Positions 26,980-38,791 of a DNA stretch of 64,000 nucleotides are shown piece by piece (the first letter of the stretch is position 1; the number at the start of each line of letters is the position of its first letter). The notes beneath the pieces were generated by a model, which saw only the letters and a list, made by a program, of their open reading frames with translations, had not been told where the DNA came from and ran no database searches. The position numbers were made by a program, and so were the translations under genes. Source of the DNA: Sphaerodactylus townsendi (taxonomy: Eukaryota); assembly GCF_021028975.2 (NCBI RefSeq), contig NC_059439.1:32860001-32924000 (forward strand), in the 5' to 3' direction.

Positions 26980-27215
26980 TGTCGAAGGCTTTCATGGCCG
27001 GGATCACTGGGGTGCTGTGTGGTTTCTGGGCTGTATGGCCGTGTTCTAGCAGCATTCTCTCCTGACGTTTCGCCTGCATCTGTGGCTGGCATCTCTGAAG
27101 GTCCTCTGATCCTCTGAAGATCCTCTGAAGATGCCAGCCACAGATGCAGGCGAAACGTCAGGAGAGAATGCTGCTAGAACACGGCCATACAGCCCGGAAA
27201 CCACACAGCACCCCA
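26980..27215. mobile_element. Penelope-like element terminal fragment forming an 87-bp inverted repeat, nested in a small MITE
   Basis: Arms 27008-27094 and 27129-27215 with one mismatch; flanking duplication aatttaactggtt; tcgaaggctttcatggccg terminus recognised as squamate PLE. Confidence 0.75.
27121..27163 (+). ncRNA. Minimal type I hammerhead ribozyme motif
   Basis: UCCU-CUGAAGA-U-GCC(13-nt loop)GGC-GAAAC-GUC-AGGA: both conserved core boxes, stem I UCCU/AGGA, stem II GCC/GGC, palindromic ACGU helix III. Confidence 0.7.
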
Positions 27216-28257
27216 ATTTAACTGGTTGTTTACAAGCACCATTTTAACAACCGGTTCCGCCGAAGCAGTGCGAACCGGCTGAATCCCGCCACTGGTTGGA
27301 ACCAAACTCACAAAGGTATCTTGGCCTGGATGTGTTTCAGCTTCAGGATCTTGCTCAGGTGACGATGGGGAACGTGGCCGGACAAGATCAGCTACGGCAG
27401 GTGGCAGGTGACTTGACCAGGTCTGGTACGAATTGCAGTAGCCCTATTTTCTTTCGGGAGGCTGTGGCCAGATTCCCTTCCCTGGTCCAGGTTTCCCTGG
27501 CTCACATGTATTATTGTGCCTGTGGTTTCTTAGTGTCACTCAGTGCGAAACTCTCTGGCCCCTTCTGCACACGCAAAATAATGCATTTTCAAACCACTTT
27601 CACAACTGTTTGCAAGTGGATTTTGCTATTCCGCACAGCTTTAAAGAGCACTGAAAGCAGTTTGAAAGTGCATTATTCTGCATGTGCGGAATGAGCCTCT
27701 GTTTAGAAACCTTCACCTTCTCCAGGGTTGTTCGTGTGCACTGGCCCCCGATACTTCATGAAGCTGTTGGCGTCCCCCTATTTTATAATCACCCCTTCAT
27801 CCCAGTGATAAAAACTATAAGGCTCCTTCCGCACATGCAGAATAATGCACTCTCAAACTGCTTTCAGTGCTCTTTGAAGCTGTGCGGAATGGCAAAATCC
27901 ACTTGCAAACAGTTGTGAAAGTGGTTTGAAAACGCATTTTGCGTGTGCGGAAGGGGCCTAAGACTCAACTTCTGTTGCCCGCTTTTTGATGTCTTACTCA
28001 GAAATTAGGAGATGTCCTCACCCCTTCACCATCCGTGCCTTGAGCAAAGGCTGGTTTCCTGTCAGTTATCCCGGGACCCCGTGGAGAAACAGCTCAGGGC
28101 CTTTTGCAAACTCTAACAGATTTGTGCCTTGGAAGATGCAGCAACAGTGTAGCAACGAACCTTTGAATTGGGTTTTTGCAATCTCAAGAATAGGGGACAT
28201 GAAATAAAAAAACCTTCAATCCAGGCTGAGTAGAGTCTCTTTTCCCATCTCCTAAAG

Positions 28258-28643
28258 CAGCGGTGGCGAACCTATGGCACGGGTGCCAGAGGTGGCACTC
28301 CGAGCCCTTTCTGTGGGCACACGTGCACAGAGTTCATCATGTGGGGGGGGATGGAAAATCACCCCCACACACACACATTTAGGCTAGCCTGTGGACGATC
28401 CTTTACCTGGGAGTAAGCTCGGTTGCTGGCAATGGGGCTTGCTTCTGAGTAAACCCTCCTAGGGTCGTGATTCACTCATTCGAAGCATTGCATGGTTGCT
28501 TCACCAAGCTTACTCCTGAGTAACATGCGCCTCGGAGCCAACCATTTTTACCTCAGTATTCAGGTTAAATTGCCGTGTTGGCACTTTGCGATAAATAAGT
28601 GGGTTTTGGGTTGCAATTTGGGCACTCGGGTTTGCCATCACTG
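28258..28643 (+). mobile_element. hAT MITE family B, internally deleted
   Basis: TSD tcctaaag. Confidence 0.8.
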
Positions 28644-28825
28644 TCCTAAAGAGAGGGGCTGGGTTGGATAGGAGTTCGAACGCCTGGAATACTCAAGTTC
28701 AAATTTTACTTCTGCTAAAAGCGAAAATTTATCAGCAATTTAAAAAGTCGACGAAAAGTCAACGAAAATCCTAAACTGGAGCAACATATTAAGAGAACAA
28801 CACGAAACAAACCTTGCTGGTCGTA

Positions 28826-29023
28826 TCCCCCCTTGCGCCATTCTTTCACATTCCTGATGTGGTAAATGGCTGAATGTTCCTCCTTTTTCAACCCTGCCCC
28901 TTAACCGACAGAGATCTATATATAACTCAGAGGGCAGGTTGAGGGAGAGACTTGAGCGGGCAAAACCCATCCCTCAGAATCTGCAAGAGTCCATCGCTCA
29001 GGCAAGACCAACCGTGGGTAAGT
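28826..29023 (+). promoter_or_regulatory. Promoter and non-coding exon 1 of R4
   Basis: ctatatataa at about 28916, GTAAGT donor at 29018. Confidence 0.75.
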
Positions 29024-29218
29024 CAGAGGAGCCCGTGATCTGGGCTTGAATTCTCCTGTATGAAAATGCTCCAAAAAGAGTCCCTAATTTCAGAGATCAG
29101 GGGGGTGGGTACCAGAGGCAGGGTCTTTGCAGTGGTGGCACAAAACCACGAAACAACCTTTACCACTTCTCTGAAATCTAGACTTTATTCTGACAAGACA
29201 AAGAAGAGTTGGGTTACA

Positions 29219-29461
29219 TAAGAACATAAGAACAAGCCAGCTGGATCAGACCAGAGTCCATCTAGTCCAGCTCTCTGCTACTCGCAGTGGCCCACCAGGT
29301 GCCTTTGGGAGCTCACAGGCAGGATGTGAAAGCAATGGCCTTAAGAACATAAGAACTAGCCTGCTGGATCAGACCAGAGTCCATCTAGTCCAGCTCTCTG
29401 CTACTCGCAGTGGCCCACCAGGTGCCTTTGGAAGTTCACATGCAGGATGTGAAAGCAATGG
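29219..29461 (-). mobile_element. Two tandem CR1 3' tips
   Basis: Two copies of about 120 bp, each starting agaacataagaac. Confidence 0.8.
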
Positions 29462-30087
29462 CATACATACCCTGCCATTCTCTACCTTTAAGGAGTCTCC
29501 AAGTAGCTTACAATCACCTTCCCTTTCCCTCCCCACAACAGATACCCTGTGAGGTAGGTGGGGCTTAGAGAGTTCTGAGAGAACTGTGACTGGTCCAAGG
29601 TCACCCAGCAGGCTTCATGTGGAGGAGAGGAGAAACAAACCTTGGACTCCGGCTTGGAGTCTCCAGATTAGAGAATGCTAGCGTTGCCAGGTGCAGGCTG
29701 GGAAATTCCTGGAGATGTTGAGGGTGGAGCCTAGTGAGGACTGAGTTTGATAAGGCAGTGGCGTATTTAGGGTGGGGCAAGTCAGGTGTGAGCCCTGGGC
29801 ACGACTTGCCTAGCGGCGCCCAGGCTGCGCTGCCACTCAGAGGGCTGATCTACCTGCCACTGAGACACAATGGGTAGAATGTTCACCAATTCTGCTTCAT
29901 TGGGTTGACCAGCCCTCCAGAGAGCTGGTTACCTGCTTTTGAAAGTGATGGGTTGACCTGACCTACATGAAGACCTGGTCTACCAACACTTCTGAATGGT
30001 GGGTAGACGTCCTCTGGAGAGCTGGTTACCCATGAGTGAAAGTAATGGTAGACCTGGCCACTAGAGAGCTGGTTCCAGGATGGGGAA

Positions 30088-30675
30088 GACAACAACAACA
30101 AGCCTTTATTGGCATACAAAACAGGACAAAATTTCAAAGTAAAACAAGATTAAAAAACACAGTTAAAATTACTAATTTCCAGTATAAAATTTGCAACAGT
30201 CAAAAGAGCACATCAGAGCTGTTCAGGAGGTTGGGTATCTTGTAACACTCTTGCCCCTGAGAACATTGCAAGAAAATAGAATTCATATATTTCATGCGTA
30301 TCTTATCATATTTAGGGCATAAAAACAGAGAATGGTCAAGTGTTTCAACTGTAACCAGATCACAAGAACAAACCCTTTTAGGACGTTCCATATTCTTAAA
30401 TCTTCCCTCCAGGAGAGCTGATGGCAGCACGTTACATCTTGCAGTAGCCAAAGCTCTCCTCTGGGTGGGATTAATCAGCAGCCGAAGATATGTTGCCATA
30501 ATTCCACGCTCGCATGGGATTAATAAGATAGTCGGGGAGCAGGTTGTCTTGGCTGCAAGAGTCAAATAATGAAAATCAAGATCCAAGAGCCTATTCTTAA
30601 CTAGTCTGAAGGCTGCCACCTTTGTGAGCATAAGGAGTGATTCCAAAGGGAAACCAATAGCTTCAACCTTTTGAA
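30088..30675 (-). mobile_element. RTE-X-like LINE 3' fragment in the R4 intron
   Basis: ARCNVLPSALLEGRF..RVCSC..VETLDH.LFLCPKY zinc-knuckle C-terminus; AATAAA plus (TTG)n tail; gatgg(g/a)gaagac at both flanks. Confidence 0.75.
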
Positions 30676-31621
30676 GATGGAGAAGACCTGTTCATTGGGT
30701 GTGTGTATGTGTGTGTGTGCGCAATTTCAGGGCTTGCCCTCGGTGCTATTTTCTGTAGCTATGCATCTGTGGGAAGGGAGAGACCTCAGCGTGGTATGAC
30801 GTCATAGAGTCCACCATCCAAACCAACAGTTTTCTCCAGGGGAGCTCATCTCTGTAGTCTGGAGAGTAGGGGCAAATACAGCCAATTGTAATTCCCGGAA
30901 GCTGGCATGGGATAGGACCACTTTGTGCTGCAAGCAGTGGCGTACCACCCATTGGGCAAACTAGACGTGGGATCCCCGGGTGCCCACCAGGTGCAAGTGG
31001 AATCCTAATTATTTGTGTGTCCAAGTGGAAGTACTAGTGGGCCTGGTTTTCCATTAGAAATCCCATTAGATTTAAAAATCATAAAAGTCCTGCTCTTTCC
31101 TATCAGTGGCTGGTTGGCAAAGAAAGGTGGGACAAGCAAGGAGTTTCCTGCCATCATGGAGGCCGTTTAAAAACATGTTTTAGAAATATGGTAATGTTCC
31201 TTGTTTAAGGAAAGTATCCGCCCCGATGCCCAGAGCAACCCAATCCCCGGAGGATTTGACCAGAGCAACTTCAGTATCTGACAGACGTGCAATCAGAGCA
31301 ACCCCCAAGTTGTTTCTGTTGGCAGTAGAGCGATGGGCTACCCTCTGCCTATTTGGGGGGGAGTGCCGGCATCAAGCCCCCCAGGTTTTGCCCACCCAGC
31401 GCCATTGGATTCGCCACTGTTTGAGTGCATGCCACTGGCTGCAAGTGGAACCTGTTAGAAGCTTTTTGGATCCACCGCACAATGGAAACCTTCATGCATG
31501 TAGCAAAACAGCACCTCTGAAGAAAAGAAATAGTTTTAAGACCTTCTTAGTCACCCTTAAACTTGAGAGGCAGCCCTCATGTTTCCTTTCTTCTTCCGGT
31601 GGTCTCCCAGGCGCCGCTAGG

Positions 31622-32047
31622 ATGTCTCCGAAAATCTCCTTCCATCTGGCCGTCCTTCTGGGAGCGGTTCTACTGCAGTCCGGCGAAGGAACCAGATACC
31701 GGGATTTCGCAAACAGCCACATCGAACCTCTGGGACCCAGGAACGAAAAACTCAGCGCCTACTGCTACCGCATGATGCGGGAGAGAGGCCTGAGCAGACG
31801 CACGTGCAAACCCTCCAACGCCTTCATCCACAGTAGTGCCAACAGTATTCAGCTAATCTGCCGTGGGGCAGGGACCCGGGTGCACCCCTGGCGGAATATG
31901 TACGACAGCAGGCAGAGTTTCCGTGTCACCACCTGCCACAGTAGAGGCCGTTTCCCTAGATGCCATTATCAAGGTGAGCAACGGAACGGGAGAGTTCGTG
32001 TGGGCTGCAGAAACGGGGCGCCTGTTCAGTTCTACAGACTCCGGTAG
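31622..32047 (+). CDS. RNase A-like protein R4, predicted catalytically inactive, 141 aa (true start MSPKISF inside the listed 273-aa ORF)
   Basis: Signal peptide with a 4-codon in-frame deletion relative to R2; 6 Cys; FANSH, CKPSNAF, PVQFY (His119 to Gln, CAG at 32027-32029); ORF intact. Confidence 0.9.
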   Translation: MSPKISFHLAVLLGAVLLQSGEGTRYRDFANSHIEPLGPRNEKLSAYCYRMMRERGLSRRTCKPSNAFIHSSANSIQLICRGAGTRVHPWRNMYDSRQSFRVTTCHSRGRFPRCHYQGEQRNGRVRVGCRNGAPVQFYRLR

Positions 32048-32140
32048 GGCGTAGCCATGAACGACGCCAGAAACTGCAGGAAGCCAAAAACCGAATTAGG
32101 CTGTTGTGTGCAGCGGTTATAGTTTATTGTAGTTTTAGTA

Positions 32141-32372
32141 CCGTGTTTCCCCGAAAATAAGACAGTGTCTTATATTAATTTTTGCTCCCAAAGATGCGCT
32201 ATGTCTTATTTTCAGGGGATGTCTTATATTTCTGTGTTCTGTTCGTCGGGCATGCTTCCAAACAAAAACTTTGCTATGTCTTACTTTTGGGGGATGCCTT
32301 ATATTTCGCACTTCAGCAAAACCTCTACGACGTCTTATTTTCCGGGGATGTCTTATATTCGGGGAAACTGGG
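32141..32372 (-). mobile_element. Tc1/mariner-type MITE (copies at 40714-40945 and 49777-50009)
   Basis: TIR cc(g/c)tgtttcccc.aa.ataagac; TA flanks. Confidence 0.8.
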
Positions 32373-32882
32373 TATTTATCAAGGTTGTAGCTTTTGTTTC
32401 ATTGTAAATGTTATCGAGTTAAGTATTACTGTTAATGTTATGGAATTATGTAGTGATAACGTTAATGTTACGTAGTATGTATTGGTACATTGGAAACGTA
32501 TGTTGTGAATGTACTGATATATCACTATTTGGTATGGATATATTGATGTTCTGATATGCTGGTGACTATGCTGTTAATATACTGGTTTTGCTGATAATGT
32601 ATTTGGTAGTCTAGATCTAGTTTGTTGTACGTTGTTATGTATTAATATAGTGCTGTTGTTATTATTATTAGTATATTGTTAGGTTTGTAGTGTTGGCACC
32701 ATCTTTATTTTAGTCTTATGTATTTACTAGTCATAATGTTATAATGTATTTTATTTACTTGTGTTGGTACCGCCCTGAGCCAAGTTAGTGCTAGAATAGA
32801 AAGTTGTTCTTTGTTTTCTTCCATGTAAACTCTCCCTAATAGTTAGTAAATCTCTTTTATAAAAACCAGCAACTCTGCCTTA

Positions 32883-33023
32883 GGCTCCTTCCGCACATGC
32901 AGAATAATGCACTTTCAAACTGCTTTCAGTGCTCTTTGAAGCTGTGCGGAATGGCAAAATCCACTTGCAAACAGTTGTGAAACTGGTTTGAAAACGCATT
33001 ATTTGGCGTGTGCGGAAGGGGCC
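32883..33023 (+). mobile_element. PIF/Harbinger-like MITE of about 140 bp (other copies near 27557-27697, 27820-27958, 45222-45372, partial 62789)
   Basis: TIR ggc(t/c)ccttccgcac; 3-bp TTA/CTA TSDs. Confidence 0.75.
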
Positions 33024-33297
33024 TTAGTCTCCTTTTTGCTACTCTGCTAAGTATATTAAGTTAAACAGTCCAACATGTTATGTTCTTATGTTCTTAACAA
33101 TCCCTGCCTTCCTAAGGCACCACCTCCAAATTTCTGGGAATCTCGCAACCTGGAGTTGGCAGCCCCACTTGGAGTGCCCATTGATCCCAACAATTTTAAG
33201 TATTTGCCTAAAAAATAACTAGCCTCAAGCCTCCTGATGTTGTTTTCTCCTGCCCTCTGGTGTTCGTTACAACCCTTCTCCACCGCTCACCCAAGAG

Positions 33298-33954
33298 CAG
33301 TGGTGGCGAACCTATGGCACAGGTGCCAGAGGTGGCACTCAGAGCCCTCTCTGTGGGCACATGCAAACAGAGTCCCCCCCCTCCCCGCATCTAGGCTGGC
33401 CTGGGCTGCTGGGCTCGATTATTAGCATTAAACCTAAGACCTAGGCTCCTTCCGCACATGCCGAATAATGCACTTTCAAACTGCTTTCAGTACTCTTTAA
33501 AGCTGTGCGGAATAGCAAAATCCACTTGCAAACAGTTGTGAAAGTGGTTTGAAAACGCATTATTTTGCGTGTGCGGAAGGGGCTCTAGTTTTGGGGAAGC
33601 AGTGTAGGTAACCCTGTTAACCGCTTTTAAACCCCACTGATTTTCATGCGAAGAACTAAAACGCAATTCTTTACCTGGGAGTATGCTCGGTTGCTGGCAA
33701 TGGGGTTTGCTTCTGAGTAAACCATCCTAGGGTCGTGATTCACCCGTTGGAAGAGTTGCACGGTTGCTTCAAAGCAAAGCCACTGACTACCACCAAGCTT
33801 ACGCCTGAGTAACGCATGCCTCAGAGAGCCAACTGTTTTTTCTAAACTGAAACCTCAGTATTCAGGTTAAATTGCCGTGTGGGCACTTTGCGATAAATAA
33901 GTGGGTTTGGGTTGCAATTTGGGCACTCGGTCTCGAAAAGGTTAGCCATCTGTG
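33298..33954 (+). mobile_element. hAT MITE family B with nested Harbinger-like MITE (about 33444-33585)
   Basis: Family similarity; nested element flanked by CTA. Confidence 0.8.
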
Positions 33955-34637
33955 CCTTAGAGATTCCCCTCCCTTCCTCATTCATCTCCCAGGAACACGA
34001 AGGGAACACTGTGTCAGGATGAAAAGTGTTTGCTAGTGCCTTGCTTTATTTTGCTTTATCCAATAAATCCTTGCAGCAAATGCAAAAACGAGTGTTTGTG
34101 TTTTCTTGTGTGTGTGGCACCTAATTTCTAATCCACCGAGATGTGCTGGTCTTTCCGTTCCTTCCGAGAAGGGTCGTAGCCAGCCTCCGTTGCTTGGTGG
34201 GGTTGCCAGATCTTCAGCAGAAAGGGACAGAGAGTGGTCTCAGAGGGGGGCTGATGTCCAGGGCTTCTCTGAAGAGGGGGATGTGTGGAGCTCTGGTCTT
34301 CAGGCTGATGGGCTCAGTTCTACGTCCTTTCAACTCTAAGAACTATGAGCATTGCAAAATGCCAAATGTAGGTTTGTAGGCCCGATTGTGCCCCTGGGAA
34401 CATGGAGGGAACAGGGCTTTTGGGTCTCACAAAGCAAATCCCTCAGCGATTTCTCTACTCTGACAGGGGGGGAAAGACAGGAAACCAGCCGCTGCCCCAG
34501 GCCTGTCAGCTAAGGGGTGTAGAACATGTCACAATTGCTGAGTAAGATGCCAAAGCCAGGCAAGAGAGAGGACATTGCACAATCTGGATGGTAGAGAAGG
34601 CAGAGAACCCCTCAAGTGGCAACTGCACCCACAACCA

Positions 34638-35135
34638 TTTTATTTATTTATTTATTTATAATTGGTTTTATATACCGCCCCTCCCCCGAAGGGCTCTGGG
34701 CGGTGAACAACACAATAAAACAATAGTTACAATAAAACCCCATTAAAACAGCAATCAATAATGGTATATTGGCATCCAATCGTAAAAACAGAACTTCATA
34801 GATCCACCCTGGAAAATAAAACAGAGAAGCGGAGAACCCAGAATGTAAGGGAAAGGAGGGGGAAAGGGGAGGGGGCATCAGCGGCCGGCCCCTCCAAACG
34901 CCCGGTGGAACAATTCGGTCTTACAGGCCCTGCGGAACTCTCCAAGATCCCGCAGGGCCCGGAGAGTTGGTGGTAGCGTGTTCCACCAGGCAGGGGCCAG
35001 GGCTGTAAAAGCCCTGGCCCAGGTAGAGGCCAGCCGCATCATTGAGGGGCCAGGGACCACCAGTAAATTGGCCTCTAACGAACGTAGAGGCCGTGTAGGG
35101 ACATATGGGGTAAGACGGTCCCGAAGGTACGAAGG
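34638..35135 (-). mobile_element. L2 LINE 3' fragment
   Basis: YLRDRL.PY.PTRPLRS..RAF..AP..WN.LP..F...KT.LF motifs; (TAAA)n tail. Confidence 0.85.
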
Positions 35136-35429
35136 TGAGAATAAGTACCCAACCTGAGGTACCATGAGAATAAGCCCCCCACCTGAGCTCAACCCCAAAT
35201 GTTGTGATCCAGGAAGAGGTCTTTGCAGAGTTAAGATGGCGGGCATCCACCTCAGCTGACTGCTGTAGGAAAGTCCAGCACTCTTAAGGTGAACACAACA
35301 GCTGCTGGGGAAACACAGAATGAACACAATTCTGGGGAAACATTTCAACAAACACATTTCAACAAACACACTTCAACAAACACATTTCAGTGGAAATCTG
35401 CAAAAAAAATTAAACACAAAAAAGCATCC

Positions 35430-35595
35430 TGTATGTTGAAACCACCTGACACTTCCTCTTTTTTTTTAAATCCTGCCCCTGCACCATCTGAGATCTATAT
35501 AATACTTCAGAGTCCAGGCTGAGGGAGAGACTGGGACGGGCAAGATCCATCCCTCAGCATCTCCAGCGCTCACACAGGTCGAAACTTGGGTAAGT
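35430..35595 (+). promoter_or_regulatory. Promoter and non-coding exon 1 of R5
   Basis: cacttcctcttt (PU.1 consensus, reverse) at 35450, tatataa at 35496, GTAAGT at 35590. Confidence 0.75.
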
Positions 35596-36311
35596 CTGAG
35601 AAGGCCGTGACCTGGCTTTCATCTCTTCTCCCACACGAAGCTGTGCCAGTCAGTAACTTTGAAGAATGGTTCTGTAGACATGCAGGAGGCAAACTCTTGC
35701 AACCCAACCAGGCAACAAATGCCAGCATTGAAAGCAACAGTGGCATAGTGGTTAAGAGCAGGTGCACTCTAATATGGAGAAACAGGTTTGATTACCCCGC
35801 TCTGCCAATTCAGCTTATCTGGAGGCTTATCTGGGGAACTAGATAACTTATCTGGGGAGGCTTATCTGGGGAACTAGATTAGCCTGTGCAATCCAAAACG
35901 CGCCAGCTGGGTGACCTTGGGCTAGTCACAGTTCTTCGGAACTCTCTCAGCCCCATTCACCTCACAGGGTGTTTGTTGTGGGGGGAGGGGGGGGAGATTG
36001 TAATCTCTGAGTCTCCTAAAGGAGAGAAAGGGGGTANNNNNNNNNNNNNNNNNNNNNNNNNNNNNNNNNNNNNNNNNNNNNNNNNNNNNNNNNNNNNNNN
36101 NNNNNNNNNNNNNNNNNNNNNNNNNNNNNNNNNNNNNNNNNNNNNNNNNNNNNNNNNNNNNNNNNNNNNNNNNNNNNNNNNNNNNNNNNNNNNNNNNNNN
36201 NNNNNNNNNNNNNNNNNNNNNNNTCATCATCTTCATTGTTCCAGAGTGGCCACTAGAACCCGTGCTCAGCCAAGGACTAAGGGAGGATAAGAGAGTTCAA
36301 AAGACCCCATT

Positions 36312-36386
<75 letters not shown>
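36312..36386 (+). repeat. Compound (GT)n(GA)n microsatellite in the R5 intron
   Basis: Direct reading. Confidence 0.95.
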
Positions 36387-36388
<2 letters not shown>

Positions 36389-36996
36389 TTCGTTGCCATG
36401 AACACACAACAGATATGGAGGAAGAGTTCAAAATCCTTTCAGTTCTTATTAGGGGGGAAAGAGATCCAGAAAACCCCAACAGAAAAGAAAGTAAAAGAAA
36501 GACTCAGGAACTACAATCTAGACATATTGGGTGTGAAAAAGTATTTTTTTGTAAGTCTGAATCTTCAGGTTTCCACACATTCTGTTTCAGAGGAGTTCTG
36601 CACATTATGATGAATTGGGAGGGGGGCTGGAATGCTGGACTGGACCACTTTATGTTGCAGGTGGGGGGTATCTGTGGAAACAAATGGGAAAAGCTACAGC
36701 GCATGCCGTCAAGTTGGTTTGGCTCCTGTGGGAAAGACGTAGCCTAGCCTTGCATCGTCCTGTCCAAGGGGCTTTTTCCTATTTGAGGAGAATATTTCAA
36801 AACAATCACATAGGCACACCCCACCTTCATTCTGAAGTGGTACAGTCTGGCATGCCTGTATCTTCTCCCTCTGGAGCCAAAGCATTGTCCTTTACAGATA
36901 ATAAATGCAAAAAATAAATCAACAAATAATGTCACCATAAAGAGAAGCGATAGTTTTCACATTTCCTTCTTCCGTTTTCTCCCAGACCCTCCCAGG

Positions 36997-37422
36997 ATGT
37001 TTCTGAAAATCTCCTCCTGGCTGCCGCTCTGCTATTTTGCTGTCCTTCTGGTGGCTTTCCTGGGACAGTCCAGTGATGGGGCCACCTACGCGGATTTCGC
37101 ACAGAGGCACATCGATTACCCCCGAACCCCAGCCTCCAACCCCAACGCCTACTGCAATCACATGATGGCGCGGAGAGGCATGACCAACGGCAGCTGCAAA
37201 GCGAAAAACACCTTCATCCATGACGATCCCAGCAACGTTCAGAATATCTGCAGCGGGAAAGAGTCTGGGAAGCTTTGTGACAGCAATCAAAGCTTCTTCC
37301 TCACTTTCTGCAGCAATAGAGGTCGTTATCCTAACTGTAATTATGTCGGCACACAAATGACCAAGAGAGTTCAAGTGGGCTGTGTCGGCGACCTGCCTGT
37401 TCACTTCCAAACTGACCTGTAG
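36997..37422 (+). CDS. RNase A superfamily protein R5, 141 aa
   Basis: Signal peptide ending SDG; FAQRH, CKAKNTF, PVHFQ; 7 Cys; NGS and NQS sequons. Confidence 0.95.
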   Translation: MFLKISSWLPLCYFAVLLVAFLGQSSDGATYADFAQRHIDYPRTPASNPNAYCNHMMARRGMTNGSCKAKNTFIHDDPSNVQNICSGKESGKLCDSNQSFFLTFCSNRGRYPNCNYVGTQMTKRVQVGCVGDLPVHFQTDL

Positions 37423-38791
37423 GCCGAAGCAAGCTGAAGGAAATATTGCGGCAGTGATGACCTAGCTCTGCTTTCCTTAATGCTTTCTCAATGACGGATC
37501 TCTGGGACATCTCTGTAGTGCACCTTAACCTCGTTTAGCAGGTCTTCCTTCTCCCCCCGANNNNNNNNNNNNNNNNNNNNNNNNNNNNNNNNNNNNNNNN
37601 NNNNNNNNNNNNNNNNNNNNNNNNNNNNNNNNNNNNNNNNNNNNNNNNNNNNNNNNNNNNNNNNNNNNNNNNNNNNNNNNNNNNNNNNNNNNNNNNNNNN
37701 NNNNNNNNCTCCCTTTCTCTCCTGCAGGAGACTCCAAGGGGCTTACAATCTCCTTGCCCTTCCCCCCTCACAACACAAATCTGTGAGGTAGGTGGGGCTG
37801 AGAGAGCTCTGAGAAGCTGTGACTAGCCCAAGGTCACCCAGCTGGCGTGTGTGGGAGTGCACAGGCTAATCTGAATTCCCCAGATAAGCCTCCACAGCAG
37901 AGCTGGGAATCAAACCCGGTTCCTCCAGATTAGATACACGAGCTCTTAACCTCCTATGCCACTGCTGCTCCTCCAAAGAAAGGGTTACACGTGTGAACCA
38001 GGCCTTTAATAACTGACACCTTTGAAAAGCTCTATTAAGCTCACCCTTTGCTTTTTCCCCTGTGATAGCTCATTCATTCAATCAAACCCGGTTCCTCCAG
38101 ATTAGATACACGAGCTCTTAACCTCCTACGCCACTGCTGCTCCACTGACAGGGCTTATAGATCGCTCGTGTAGGATGCTGAGTACTGTCAGCAAACTAGA
38201 AGTCCCAGGATTCTTGGGGGGGGGGGGGCGGGCGGGCGGGGGGGGGGCGGGGAAGCTATAACAGTTGAGGGCGTGGAATAAAATCATCTGTGTGGACAGA
38301 GGCTGGAAAACCTGGTTCACAAGCACCCATTCAGCAGGGGATGGAACGAGTGAGCTGCTATCACAGGGGAAAGGACAAAGGGTGAGCTTAATCGAGCTTT
38401 TCAAGGGTGTCAGTTGTTAAAGGCCTGATTCACACGTGTAAATGCATCTCTTGGGGTTTCTCTTCCCCTCCTGACTGTCTCTGCCCCTCTGACTAGGAGG
38501 AGACCGCAAGGACGGACTGTACTCCCTTGAAAAGAATTGTGCCTGAGGTTCAAGGCTGGGGGTGTCCCATCTGTGAACTCGCCCTTAAAACTGATCACTT
38601 AATGCTGCTCCTGTTTTTTCTTTTTCATATCATAGACCGCATGTGGAGACCTGAATTCAAGCCCACGAGCAACTTAAAGACCCATAAATTCCCCCAGCAT
38701 GTGAATACCCTCTTTGTGTATACCACAGACGACATATCACCCTTGATCTGTGTTTCTAGTGTTCTCTTTCTCGTACACATATAGTCTATGC

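Noticed and set aside
23831-31621. N-terminal extensions of R3 (230 aa) and R4 (273 aa) in the ORF track
   Set aside because: They start at non-ATG or repeat-derived codons within intron sequence upstream of the splice acceptor; the paralog-conserved Met precedes the signal peptide
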